Positions 28,002 to 37,400 of a stretch of 64,000 nucleotides of DNA are shown in pieces. The notes beneath the pieces were generated by a model. The model ran no database searches. It was given only the letters and a program-made list of their open reading frames with translations, and was not told where the DNA came from. The position numbers and the translations under genes are program-made. Positions within the stretch are counted from its first letter, which is position 1; every line of letters begins with the position of its first letter. Where the stretch lies: sequence record LT598654.1; one strand, given 5' to 3'.

Positions 28002-28930
28002 TATTCGACTATCACATCAATCTGCTCAAAGGCTGCTATGTAATGGTTTTTGTAACCTAACAAACGCATCTTACGTTTGTTGACCAGCAGTTTAAACGGA
28101 AGAGGATCCATATCAACTGGCTCCTTACCTCGAAGAAAAAATTCTTGAACAACGGGAGAATAATCTAACTCGAATATTAGGCACTCGTTGTTCTGACCCG
28201 GCATGAAATTAAAACCTACAGTCAGGTGTCGCGTATTCCTTCGACTGATAATGTCTTTGATTTCCTGCATCTTTACCACAGTACCGAATTCGTTATCGGT
28301 AAGTGCAGTCATATTATTTACTATAACACCTCGTTGGTTTTTATTAAACGAGATAAGTAAGTCTTCCAACTGCTGAACGGTAGATACTTCATAGAACTTA
28401 ACTGTGTTAGCCAAGCCCTGCAAATTCTTTTTGAGATTAAAACTATCTCTTGCTGTTAAACCTGTGGTATCATATAAAACATAGTACGCATCAGGAAACA
28501 GATTCATTTCACTAATAGTTTGAACAAGTTCACGCGCTAGGTTTGAGACTCGGAATACGTAATCTCGGTCAACACCTTGTACGCCAGTTCTATTTATAAA
28601 CCAAGTTCGTGATTTGTATTCGGGAGGTAAGAGGGTTAATAAATGGGAGGTAGCATCTACTTCGTCTACAATAATTGTATTAGGTTTTAGCTTTTGAATA
28701 TCTAATGCAACAGAGTACATAAGCTGTTCTGAACTAGTACCTCCGTCACCGAACCCTAGTGAAATATATAGTGAGGAGACTTCTGACTGTTTGAATCTGG
28801 CTAGCTCTGATGCAAGAGGGTGTCCGTAGTAGGTAGCTAACGGTCTACTAGATACGATAAACGTTTCATTACCTGCCACAGCCTGTGCTGAGATAATCAA
28901 AGACGTAACTAATGGCAGGAATTTTTTCAT
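28001..28930 (-). CDS. secreted periplasmic solute-binding-protein-like (ABC_sub_bind-like)
   Basis: signal peptide MKKFLPLVTSLIISAQAVA; IQKLKPNTIIVDEVDA, YYVLYDTT and terminal LLVNKRKMRLLG resemble ABC_sub_bind proteins. Confidence 0.6.
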   Translation of the reverse strand: MKKFLPLVTSLIISAQAVAGNETFIVSSRPLATYYGHPLASELARFKQSEVSSLYISLGFGDGGTSSEQLMYSVALDIQKLKPNTIIVDEVDATSHLLTLLPPEYKSRTWFINRTGVQGVDRDYVFRVSNLARELVQTISEMNLFPDAYYVLYDTTGLTARDSFNLKKNLQGLANTVKFYEVSTVQQLEDLLISFNKNQRGVIVNNMTALTDNEFGTVVKMQEIKDIISRRNTRHLTVGFNFMPGQNNECLIFELDYSPVVQEFFLRGKEPVDMDPLPFKLLVNKRKMRLLGYKNHYIAAFEQIDVIVE

Positions 28931-29772
28931 TATATCTTAACCAGTATAGCTTTACCTGTCACAGGACCTGCGAAAGTAATCAAGCTTGTGTTATTATCGC
29001 TGCCTTCTATAACAGCAGCACTTACAGGAAGAACCTGTTCACCGTTTTCATCATACACCTGGTACATGATGTTATTAGTAGAAAACCCGTGTGGTATAAC
29101 CCAAGAGTCTGAGGGTTCTTCTTCAACGTGCGTGAACGCAACAATGTTAGTGCTACCTCCACCGCCTAGTTCAAGTTCATCTAGTCGTGCGGCGTTGTTA
29201 GCAGCAAGGGCTTCAACTCTACCTAAACGTTTATAGATAGTAACAACAATGTTGTAGAAGCCTTGTGTTTGGTCATTCTTTTCGTCAATTACAAATGATT
29301 TAGGAACTAACTCTTTAGAATCAAACTCCTCACCCGTTGCAAGAGTACGTGCATTCAAAGGTCCTTCGAGAGTATCACCTGTTCTATCTACCGCATTAGC
29401 CAGAGAATTGCCTAGCTGTTCTTCGGTATAAAGAGGAACAGGTGTGTCCTCTACTGCGTAATACTGAGGTGGATCGAATATAGCAGCATAAGCATCAAGC
29501 TCTACCCAAGTATGGTTGAAACCACCCGATGACGCTTTTGATGACCTTTTAAATGCACCCTTATAGTCTTCACTATCTGGGTCTCCGTCTATCCAAGTTA
29601 CGTTTAGAGGTAGTACCAAATTGTACGGTTCAGAGTAAGATACAACTACCAAAGTCTCAACCGAGTTTGCGTTCTCTTTAACCGATAACGTTATCGGATA
29701 ATTATCCGCAAGCCCTCGCCCTTCAGCAATGCTAACACATCTGTCTGCAAAATCTTGTAGTTGGAGACCCAT
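28930..29772 (-). CDS. fibre protein with C-terminal repeat domain
   Basis: AVDRTGDTLEGPL motif; HVEEEPSDSWVIPHGF repeat unit. Confidence 0.7.
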   Translation of the reverse strand: MGLQLQDFADRCVSIAEGRGLADNYPITLSVKENANSVETLVVVSYSEPYNLVLPLNVTWIDGDPDSEDYKGAFKRSSKASSGGFNHTWVELDAYAAIFDPPQYYAVEDTPVPLYTEEQLGNSLANAVDRTGDTLEGPLNARTLATGEEFDSKELVPKSFVIDEKNDQTQGFYNIVVTIYKRLGRVEALAANNAARLDELELGGGGSTNIVAFTHVEEEPSDSWVIPHGFSTNNIMYQVYDENGEQVLPVSAAVIEGSDNNTSLITFAGPVTGKAILVKI

Positions 29773-29787
29773 TAGCTAATCCTATAA

Positions 29788-30273
29788 TTATTTCTTATAC
29801 AGCAGTTCGCTGGTTTGTTCTCTACGCTCGTTAAACGCTTTTGCGATTTCTAAAATCATTTGACTGTTATGATCAATAAAGCGCCACTCGTTAGACTCAC
29901 GTTCTCGGCACCATAACCGACTGACGTATTCTGAGTCCATAGCGTGAATACCTAAAAGCAACGAAATATTTTGCTGGAATGCAGAATCTGGAACGTAGAT
30001 AAAATTACCTACTTCCAGATCCTTATTGATTCTTTGTTTAGCTTGTTTTCGTTCAATGCTAATAGCTTTCGCTTTAGTGAAATTAGAAAAATGTTCATCT
30101 ACCAGTTCAAGCTTTCCGTCAACAACTGCAAATCTGTTTGGGTCTTTCTTGACTTCCTGCAACTGCTTTTCTGAAATACTTACATAGGGATTCTTGGCTC
30201 TGCTTTCTACAGTGTATATGCCTCGAATATTTGAACGGTTGGTAATCTCTGGATTGAAGTGTACGAACGGCAT
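29788..30273 (-). CDS. tail-fibre assembly chaperone-like (DUF4376-like)
   Basis: size and position; K.R...I....D...QQNI...W.......I..IAKA pattern. Confidence 0.5.
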   Translation of the reverse strand: MPFVHFNPEITNRSNIRGIYTVESRAKNPYVSISEKQLQEVKKDPNRFAVVDGKLELVDEHFSNFTKAKAISIERKQAKQRINKDLEVGNFIYVPDSAFQQNISLLLGIHAMDSEYVSRLWCRERESNEWRFIDHNSQMILEIAKAFNERREQTSELLYKK

Positions 30274-30274
30274 A

Positions 30275-31117
30275 TTAATCTCCTAATGCAATCCAAGTAA
30301 AGTCCCAAACGTCTGAAAGAGGGAGCGTAAACGTTCCCTTAACACCTATTGTAAACCCACCAATATCAGAGTCTACATCAACAAAGTCTCCGATTTCATA
30401 ATTCTGAGCTTGGAAACTATACGGGTCATTGAAGAAAATCATAATAGAGGTAACCCGATTCACAAACGGCTCAGAGAAAAGAACAGTGACTTCTTCTGTA
30501 CCTGTGTCCTGAATATAACGACCCCACTCAATCATTGCACCAGACTCAATCATTCGAATGTAAGGGCTGCGACCTTGAGTAGTGTTACCTTCATCATCAG
30601 TTTCAGTAAACGTGTGAGAACCTTCTTGGTTTCGGATACCAGCAAAGTACTCAGGTTCGTTTCCGTCTGTACCCGTAGCACCTGTTGCTCCGGTAGGACC
30701 AGTAGGGCCTGCATTTCCTATAGGACCTTGTATTCCACGCTCACCCGTAGCACCTGTCGCACCCTTAGGACCTCTGTCTCCTTTAGGTCCTGCACAACCT
30801 TGAATGCCCGTAGCACCATCACGACCGTTACGTCCCGGAGTTCCTGCTTTACCTTCCTTACCTCTAGCACCTTGAGGACCGCTAGGTAAGTTGAGTTCTG
30901 TAGGGAGTCCTGATACTCGAACAGTTCTGTTATTGATCGTTATTGACAACACGCCTGACTGTTTATCAAAGTCGGCGGTAAACGTATCTAATGCCTCAGT
31001 AGCACTAGTACCAGGAGATTGTGTTTCCAATCCCTGATCTGTTTGTTGAACGAAGTCACCTGACTCTGAGCCTTCTGTGGGCTGAATCATACTCAGGCTT
31101 GGTTTAGTTAAACTCAT
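30275..31117 (-). CDS. collagen-like fibre protein with C-terminal gp53-type domain
   Basis: 25 Gly-X-Y triplets; MIEWGR...VLFSEPF C-terminal fibre motif. Confidence 0.85.
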   Translation of the reverse strand: MSLTKPSLSMIQPTEGSESGDFVQQTDQGLETQSPGTSATEALDTFTADFDKQSGVLSITINNRTVRVSGLPTELNLPSGPQGARGKEGKAGTPGRNGRDGATGIQGCAGPKGDRGPKGATGATGERGIQGPIGNAGPTGPTGATGATGTDGNEPEYFAGIRNQEGSHTFTETDDEGNTTQGRSPYIRMIESGAMIEWGRYIQDTGTEEVTVLFSEPFVNRVTSIMIFFNDPYSFQAQNYEIGDFVDVDSDIGGFTIGVKGTFTLPLSDVWDFTWIALGD

Positions 31118-31365
31118 TCTGCATCCTCAACTGGTAACGGCTCTAACCACAAAGGGTAGTCTGCATCATCGGCATCGTGAGCCGTAGTGTCATGCTCTGG
31201 ATTTCTTATTCGCGTGTTTTCAGGACCCATTACTATCCATTCTGAATTCTCAGCATTGCGTACCTTCCATCCTAATTGGTGAAAGTTATCTACGCCCCAC
31301 GGATTTAAACGGGTTCTGTCTCTTACACGGATTGTGACTTTTTTATCCGACGTTGGCATCGTCAT
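31114..31365 (-). CDS. small Trp-rich fibre module
   Basis: WKVRNAENSEWIVMGPENTRIRN is similar to the N-terminus of 34419-38546. Confidence 0.7.
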   Translation of the reverse strand: MTMPTSDKKVTIRVRDRTRLNPWGVDNFHQLGWKVRNAENSEWIVMGPENTRIRNPEHDTTAHDADDADYPLWLEPLPVEDAE

Positions 31366-31841
31366 AGTATTTCTACCTCGACGTTAAGTACCTTTGAATC
31401 TAGGTTTGTTATAGCTATCCAACCATTCTCAATTTCAAGTTCTAATTCCTGAGGGTCAATATCACCATAAACTGGTTTATTGTTACTATCTCGGATTAAA
31501 AATCCTGTGTAGTCAGGAAACTTTAGTTTGACTTTGGAAGCTTTGATAGCTACAGCTTGGAACTGACCAACCTTAACTCTACCAGATTCTGTTATAAATT
31601 CACTAGCATAAAGGTTAATGCTGTAGGACTCTGTGTGTGAAGTCTTGAGAACTGGCGAAATGCCAGCCTCAAGTTCCAGACAGTACTCATCATCTGTTAG
31701 TGTTAAATTACTGTGTTCCAGCGAAGATTCAATTGCAGTGCTAAACGATATGTAAGCAAAGCAAGGTTCTTCAACACTAGGTAGTACTAATTGCTTTGTC
31801 AGAGGTGTAGGTATATACCTACTATTCCATTCAATCTTCAT
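31362..31841 (-). CDS. hypothetical structural protein
   Basis: 159-aa beta-rich ORF in the operon. Confidence 0.7.
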   Translation of the reverse strand: MKIEWNSRYIPTPLTKQLVLPSVEEPCFAYISFSTAIESSLEHSNLTLTDDEYCLELEAGISPVLKTSHTESYSINLYASEFITESGRVKVGQFQAVAIKASKVKLKFPDYTGFLIRDSNNKPVYGDIDPQELELEIENGWIAITNLDSKVLNVEVEIL

Positions 31842-31848
31842 ACATCAC

Positions 31849-34410
31849 CTAGTCGTCAGGGCAGTTAAGTATAGGCTTGGCTTTATCTTTAGCCGACTGC
31901 GCATTTGCAGCTTGTACCGAAATAGTATTTGAAGGATCACCAGAACAGTAGGCGGTATACGTATTTAATGCTGCACTCTCAATTCGGTCATTAAGAGTGG
32001 TGGACGCACCTGTGTTATATTCTTCAAAACTTTCAAATGAACCTTCGCTTACAACGGCAGGTGCCGTATTGATAATATTCGTATAGCCTTCTTCTGCTGC
32101 GACACCGTTCGTTGACGTCCAAGTTGAAGAACCTGATATACGAACAACAGTTATCTTAAGGTCAGTAATGTGGCTAGGTACTGCACCGATCGTATCATTC
32201 CAAGAGTCACCTTCTGCTGCTGTTACCTCTGTAAGTGATATTGTGGTTGTTACCGCATCCCCTTCCAACGGATGGTCTGTCGGGTCGCTATCATAAGTAT
32301 AGAAAGTAGACGTACTAGAGTATCCGTCCGTAGCATCTGTAATATACAAGATACTAACCTTAGTCTGATTGGTCGGTACATTAGCAAGAACATGTGCAAC
32401 GTATGTAGTAAACATTGTTACAGATGCAAACTCACCACCTATGATATTAGCGGGGTCAATTGCATAATCATTTAGGATAGTTTGTATAGCAACATCACGA
32501 CTTGTTGTTACACCATTTGTAGTTACATCACTTGCGTTTGAGGTTGAACCACTCATATCACGGAATATATAGATAGTAAACTGCTCACCTTCACTAGCTA
32601 ATTCGACCGTCGTAACACTAGGTGAACTGTCTAAGATAGTACCGATACCTTCTGCTTTCGTAATACTTCCACGAGAAGGATTTGAGATAACAACTTTGAA
32701 TGTTTCGTCGTCTTCTTGAACGTCATCACATTTAACTGTTACCTGAACTGTCTTGGTTGTTTCACCCTCTGAGAATGTAACGGTTCCACTATTAGCCAAG
32801 TAGTCAGTACCTTCAGTTGCAGTTGCTCCCTGAGTTTCCCAATCAACGGTAACATCGCTACCTTCAATTGCTTCATCCGATGTAATGGTAAACGTTGCAG
32901 TTGTATCGGTATCGCTAGCACTGCACTCGTCTACATCCACATCACTGATAGAAAACCCTGTCTCATTACCTAGAGTCACGCAAGGCATTTCGAATGTGAG
33001 TACTGCATCGTCGCTATCACTAACACCAACCGTACCATAGTCGTTGTCTTCTACAGTAACAGATATATTGTAAGGCAACATGGCTCGGCTATCTACTTCC
33101 GCAACACTTCGACGTAGCGTAAACAAACCTACTCTACCGTTTTCTTCTGTACCTGTTAAAGACAGATTAGGGTGAGGAGCAGACCAAGTGTACGAGTAAT
33201 TACGCAGTTGCCAATCCGATGGGTCATTGAATTTAACTTCTACCCTAGCCGTTGCCTCATACGTGTCTCCTACGTTTAAGCATCTGTCTTCACACGGTAT
33301 TGTTTCATCTTCTACATCAGGAGGAGGCGGTAGAGGAGGATCAGGGTCTGGTTCAGCTTCTTCGTATTCCTGTACTGATTCTTTGTGGTAGATCTCCAGA
33401 GCTTTACCCCCGTTGACCCTGAACCACCAGAACGAACTCGATACAGTCCCACCTATTTCAGCCCAGTTATCACGACCACTACACGTAGCAAAACCCGCTG
33501 AACCACCTGCGTTATCTGCATACTGGATTAGAGTTCTGTCCAGATACATCTGACCCTGCATACATAATTCATCGTCACCGCGAGTATCGTCGGTAACAAA
33601 AATATACTCTTGGTCAAACGGTATCTTGGCTCTGGATATGTTTACTTTGCTTCCCTGAGGAGAACTATATTTAATCTTTTGCGTGAACGTATTGTAGTAA
33701 CCTAAGTTTTTGTTATACACCATAGGTCTTCGATAAATACGATACATTTTATGACCACCCGGACCTTTAAATTCAGTTCTAGGTGTAGTCGATAATCCGC
33801 TAAGTCTAAACCATTCATCCCATCCCTGGAAACCGCAGTACTTAACCATTCGACTATGGAGCTTGTTAGCGAATGAATAAGCCGATGCAAAGTTATAGAA
33901 GCTTACTGTAGCATAATATTTCTCGGTACTTGAACGGTCACATTTGACTACGAATAAGTATTCATAATCCTGTGCAAAATCACTCAGTACCAGAGTTCTA
34001 CCTTGTGATGTATTCCACAGTTCAAAAGTATGAGTGTTATCGTCGGGATGCAGGTTCCATACAGCAGGGTCTGGGTTTAGGTCGCGCTCCCAGATTTTCA
34101 ACATGTACGGATTACCTTTGGTTCTATAGAAATCAAATTTCTTATAACCATTGGAAGCTACCGTAGCCCTTGTTATTTGGTCGAGACCGTTAGACATAAA
34201 ACCGTCTGTAACATTAGAAGACGAGGGAGGCTGAATATCCATATCAGCAGGTATCTTGATAAACACGTTACCGATTTCGTCTTCCCTGTCGGTATCTACC
34301 ATGTGAATCATATATTCTTTGTTTGGTTGCCAGTCAAAAGGAACAGACCTAACCTGAGAGCTAGCGTTAGGTCTTGCCCAGACTTCAACCCATGGGTTGA
34401 TTATTGCCAT
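31849..34410 (-). CDS. adhesin-like virion protein with Calx-beta and vWA-like domains
   Basis: Calx-beta FSISDV...GTDY...GTVTF..GET.KTV.V....DD..E.DETF.V..SNP; DMSGS MIDAS motif and ILYITD. Confidence 0.8.
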   Translation of the reverse strand: MAIINPWVEVWARPNASSQVRSVPFDWQPNKEYMIHMVDTDREDEIGNVFIKIPADMDIQPPSSSNVTDGFMSNGLDQITRATVASNGYKKFDFYRTKGNPYMLKIWERDLNPDPAVWNLHPDDNTHTFELWNTSQGRTLVLSDFAQDYEYLFVVKCDRSSTEKYYATVSFYNFASAYSFANKLHSRMVKYCGFQGWDEWFRLSGLSTTPRTEFKGPGGHKMYRIYRRPMVYNKNLGYYNTFTQKIKYSSPQGSKVNISRAKIPFDQEYIFVTDDTRGDDELCMQGQMYLDRTLIQYADNAGGSAGFATCSGRDNWAEIGGTVSSSFWWFRVNGGKALEIYHKESVQEYEEAEPDPDPPLPPPPDVEDETIPCEDRCLNVGDTYEATARVEVKFNDPSDWQLRNYSYTWSAPHPNLSLTGTEENGRVGLFTLRRSVAEVDSRAMLPYNISVTVEDNDYGTVGVSDSDDAVLTFEMPCVTLGNETGFSISDVDVDECSASDTDTTATFTITSDEAIEGSDVTVDWETQGATATEGTDYLANSGTVTFSEGETTKTVQVTVKCDDVQEDDETFKVVISNPSRGSITKAEGIGTILDSSPSVTTVELASEGEQFTIYIFRDMSGSTSNASDVTTNGVTTSRDVAIQTILNDYAIDPANIIGGEFASVTMFTTYVAHVLANVPTNQTKVSILYITDATDGYSSTSTFYTYDSDPTDHPLEGDAVTTTISLTEVTAAEGDSWNDTIGAVPSHITDLKITVVRISGSSTWTSTNGVAAEEGYTNIINTAPAVVSEGSFESFEEYNTGASTTLNDRIESAALNTYTAYCSGDPSNTISVQAANAQSAKDKAKPILNCPDD

Positions 34411-34418
34411 ACAACTTC

Positions 34419-37400
34419 CTAGTGTTTTTGATCAACAGGGGCGTTATGAACAAGAACAGGATTCTTACCTGCGTAATAAGTATCGTTTTCTTCAACGTCA
34501 ATCACGATTACATCCAATCGATCTTTAACATGACGTAGAGTTCCAACGTGAACTTCATTACCGTTCATTCCAAGAAGCTTATCGCCCATCTTAATATCAC
34601 GCACATCCAACCAGTGCCACGTATCATCACGCTTAACCAGGATGTGGTGCTGTTGGGTAATCTTCAAGTCGCTATTGATAACCCAGTACTCTTTGTACCA
34701 GTTCATCTTAGCACTCTTAACCGTTGACGCAACATTAGAAGAACCTTCAAGTGATTGAGTTGTCCAATCTTCCCAGCCTTCTGTGTTTTCGTCAATCATA
34801 CCTGGAATTTGTCTTCCTATGATTTCATCACCAGGTCTTAGAAGTTCAGCAATCTTGGTAGTACCGTCAGCCATTAGAATAGGTGTATCTAAAGCTACAC
34901 ACCCACCGCCGCCTCCGCCAGAGTAAACATTTGCTTTCTGTTGGATAGTGACTGTAATTGGACTAGACTTCTGTACGTTACCTAAATCATCTTTAACAAA
35001 TATTTCTACTTCAAAGATAGCTGTTCCTGCCTGAGTTGTACTAGCAGTAGTCCACTCATAAGCAATAGACAGTCTATCATTGTTGGCATGGTATTCATCG
35101 TAAGGAACAAACGACCATGTATCTCCGTAACCATCTTCGTTTTCAATATAGAAAGCGCAATACGGAAGTATTAATATACGGTTAGCTGCATTAGGTATTG
35201 TTGCTGTGCTCCTTGTTACCGACCATTTGTATTCATAGGTACGCGCAGGATCGAATTCGAATTCTGCACAAACACCTGATACCATTGAATTAGCAGGACT
35301 CAACGTAGGTGAACTAACAGTCGTTTGAGTTTCTGTCATTGTCATATACGCAACAGAACCGGCGTCCTCAGTGTAAGAAACATCGGCATACTGGAGTTGT
35401 GTAGTACCTTCGTTAGCCCAACTGTAATTGATTGCGTTCGCATTTATTTTAAGCGCAACAATCGTTTCGGGATGCGAGTAAGTGGTAGAACTTACTAAAG
35501 CTGTACCTACCGAAGTAAGCGAATCTTTAACAATGTTCATATCACCGCTTGCACTAGTCGCAGTACCTTCCAGTATAGTACCTGTGCCTTCGCCTCTACC
35601 TATTACACCTGCACTTGGATTAGAGATAACAACCTTAAACGTTTCATTAGGGTCGCTTACTGTATCCGTGAAAGTGTTGACAGGAATCTCGGCACTACCT
35701 GCACCTGCTGGAATTGTCAGGGTTCCGCTTGTAGACTGGTAATCTACTTGGTCGCTACTACCACCTGAATTAGTTCCACCGACTGTGCTCAACGAGAACA
35801 AACTCATTAATGCCGCGTCTTCCTGTAGGTCAAGGATGTTGGTTACACTCATGCTGTCCCACAAGTAAGAGTTGTTTCCTGCATAGTCAATAATTGACTG
35901 AACAGAGATACCGTCGGTAGTACCCATACCAGTCGCAGTAGTGTTATAACCAATGTCAACGTCTTCACTGATTCCTAACGCATTAATAATACTCTTTGCG
36001 TTGGTATTCATTTTATAGAACAGGTCTGTATACGAACTCTTTGGACTGAAACCCGCAGTTGCAATAATAACTTTAGGGTCATTGGAGTTCTTAGCCATTC
36101 TGCTTAGTGCGACGGCAAAAGCACTAGACTGTCCTAAGTTGAACACTTTGTTTTTGTAGCTGTTCAGGTCAGATATATCACTGTTTTCATTAACGTGGTG
36201 ATTAATCAAACCGAATTGGTCTACAACAACAATGTCGTAGTCATTGAGAATATCTTTATGGCTCTTCCATGTTCCGCTATCAGGATCAATTGTGGTACGA
36301 CTGTAACCGTGAGGTCCGTAGTAGTTGATTACCTCAGTATCTACCGTAATTCCATAAATATTGGAAAGCGATTCTGTCATGTGACCCATTGCAGTAGTCA
36401 TATCATAAACAGCATCTTCTGTCACACGACCGCCGTAGTAATCGTCACGCTCAATATACGAATACTGCCAAATACGTTGGTGAGAAAGAACCAACATTTT
36501 AATCGAACTATTAAGAGTACCGAACCTGTCTTTCAAAAGGTTGGCAATCATTTTGTAGTAAGGCGGTAATTCGTTAAACGAGTTAACTGCTATATCGGTA
36601 TTAGAGATAACATCCTCTTGGTACACACCTGCAAAGTAGTTCATTTGCGTAGTACCAGAAGTACCGAACGGCCCGTACAGACGGTTAGGGTTTGCTTCTA
36701 GCAATAGTGTGTAGTTGTAGGTTTCATCTTTGTATACAGCACTAGTGATGATTCCTTCTTCACGATACAGAGGATACGGATTACCTACAGCAGGAACTGC
36801 GTCAGGACTAGACTGTGCTGTACCGTCCACTGTTGTATACTGAACCGTAATAGGATCAGATTGAGGTACGTTTAAGCTTACAACAAATCGTGCTTGCTGA
36901 CCTTCATACGCAAAAGCATCATTGATATTAATCTCAATATCAGGACACGCATCAATGGTTTGGTCATCAATCTGAATATCCAACAGAGGAATATAACAAC
37001 CTACCAAGTAGTTCCAGCTTGCATCGATAGGACAGTCAATACGTACACTAACATCAAGCAAGTCATCATAGTTGTCATTCGCCTCTAACCTGAACCACTG
37101 AATGTACTGAGTACCGGTTCCTTGTTTGGCAGCAACAACATTACCTTGCGCATCAATAACACTAGCAACATACTTGAAGTCACCGTACCCAACAACCTTA
37201 ACACTAGCAACACTGTCACCAATATCGTTCATTGTGTAATGGTCTTCTGTGCTGTAGTGACCTGCGCTGGTAATACCACTCGGAGGCTGCTCACAGTTCC
37301 AACGATTTTCTTTGTAGCCCTGCCTGTTTGCGTCATACAGCATGTATTCGTAGGACTCAATATCCGCACCATACTCACGTTGCTGAGCCATTACTTTAAC

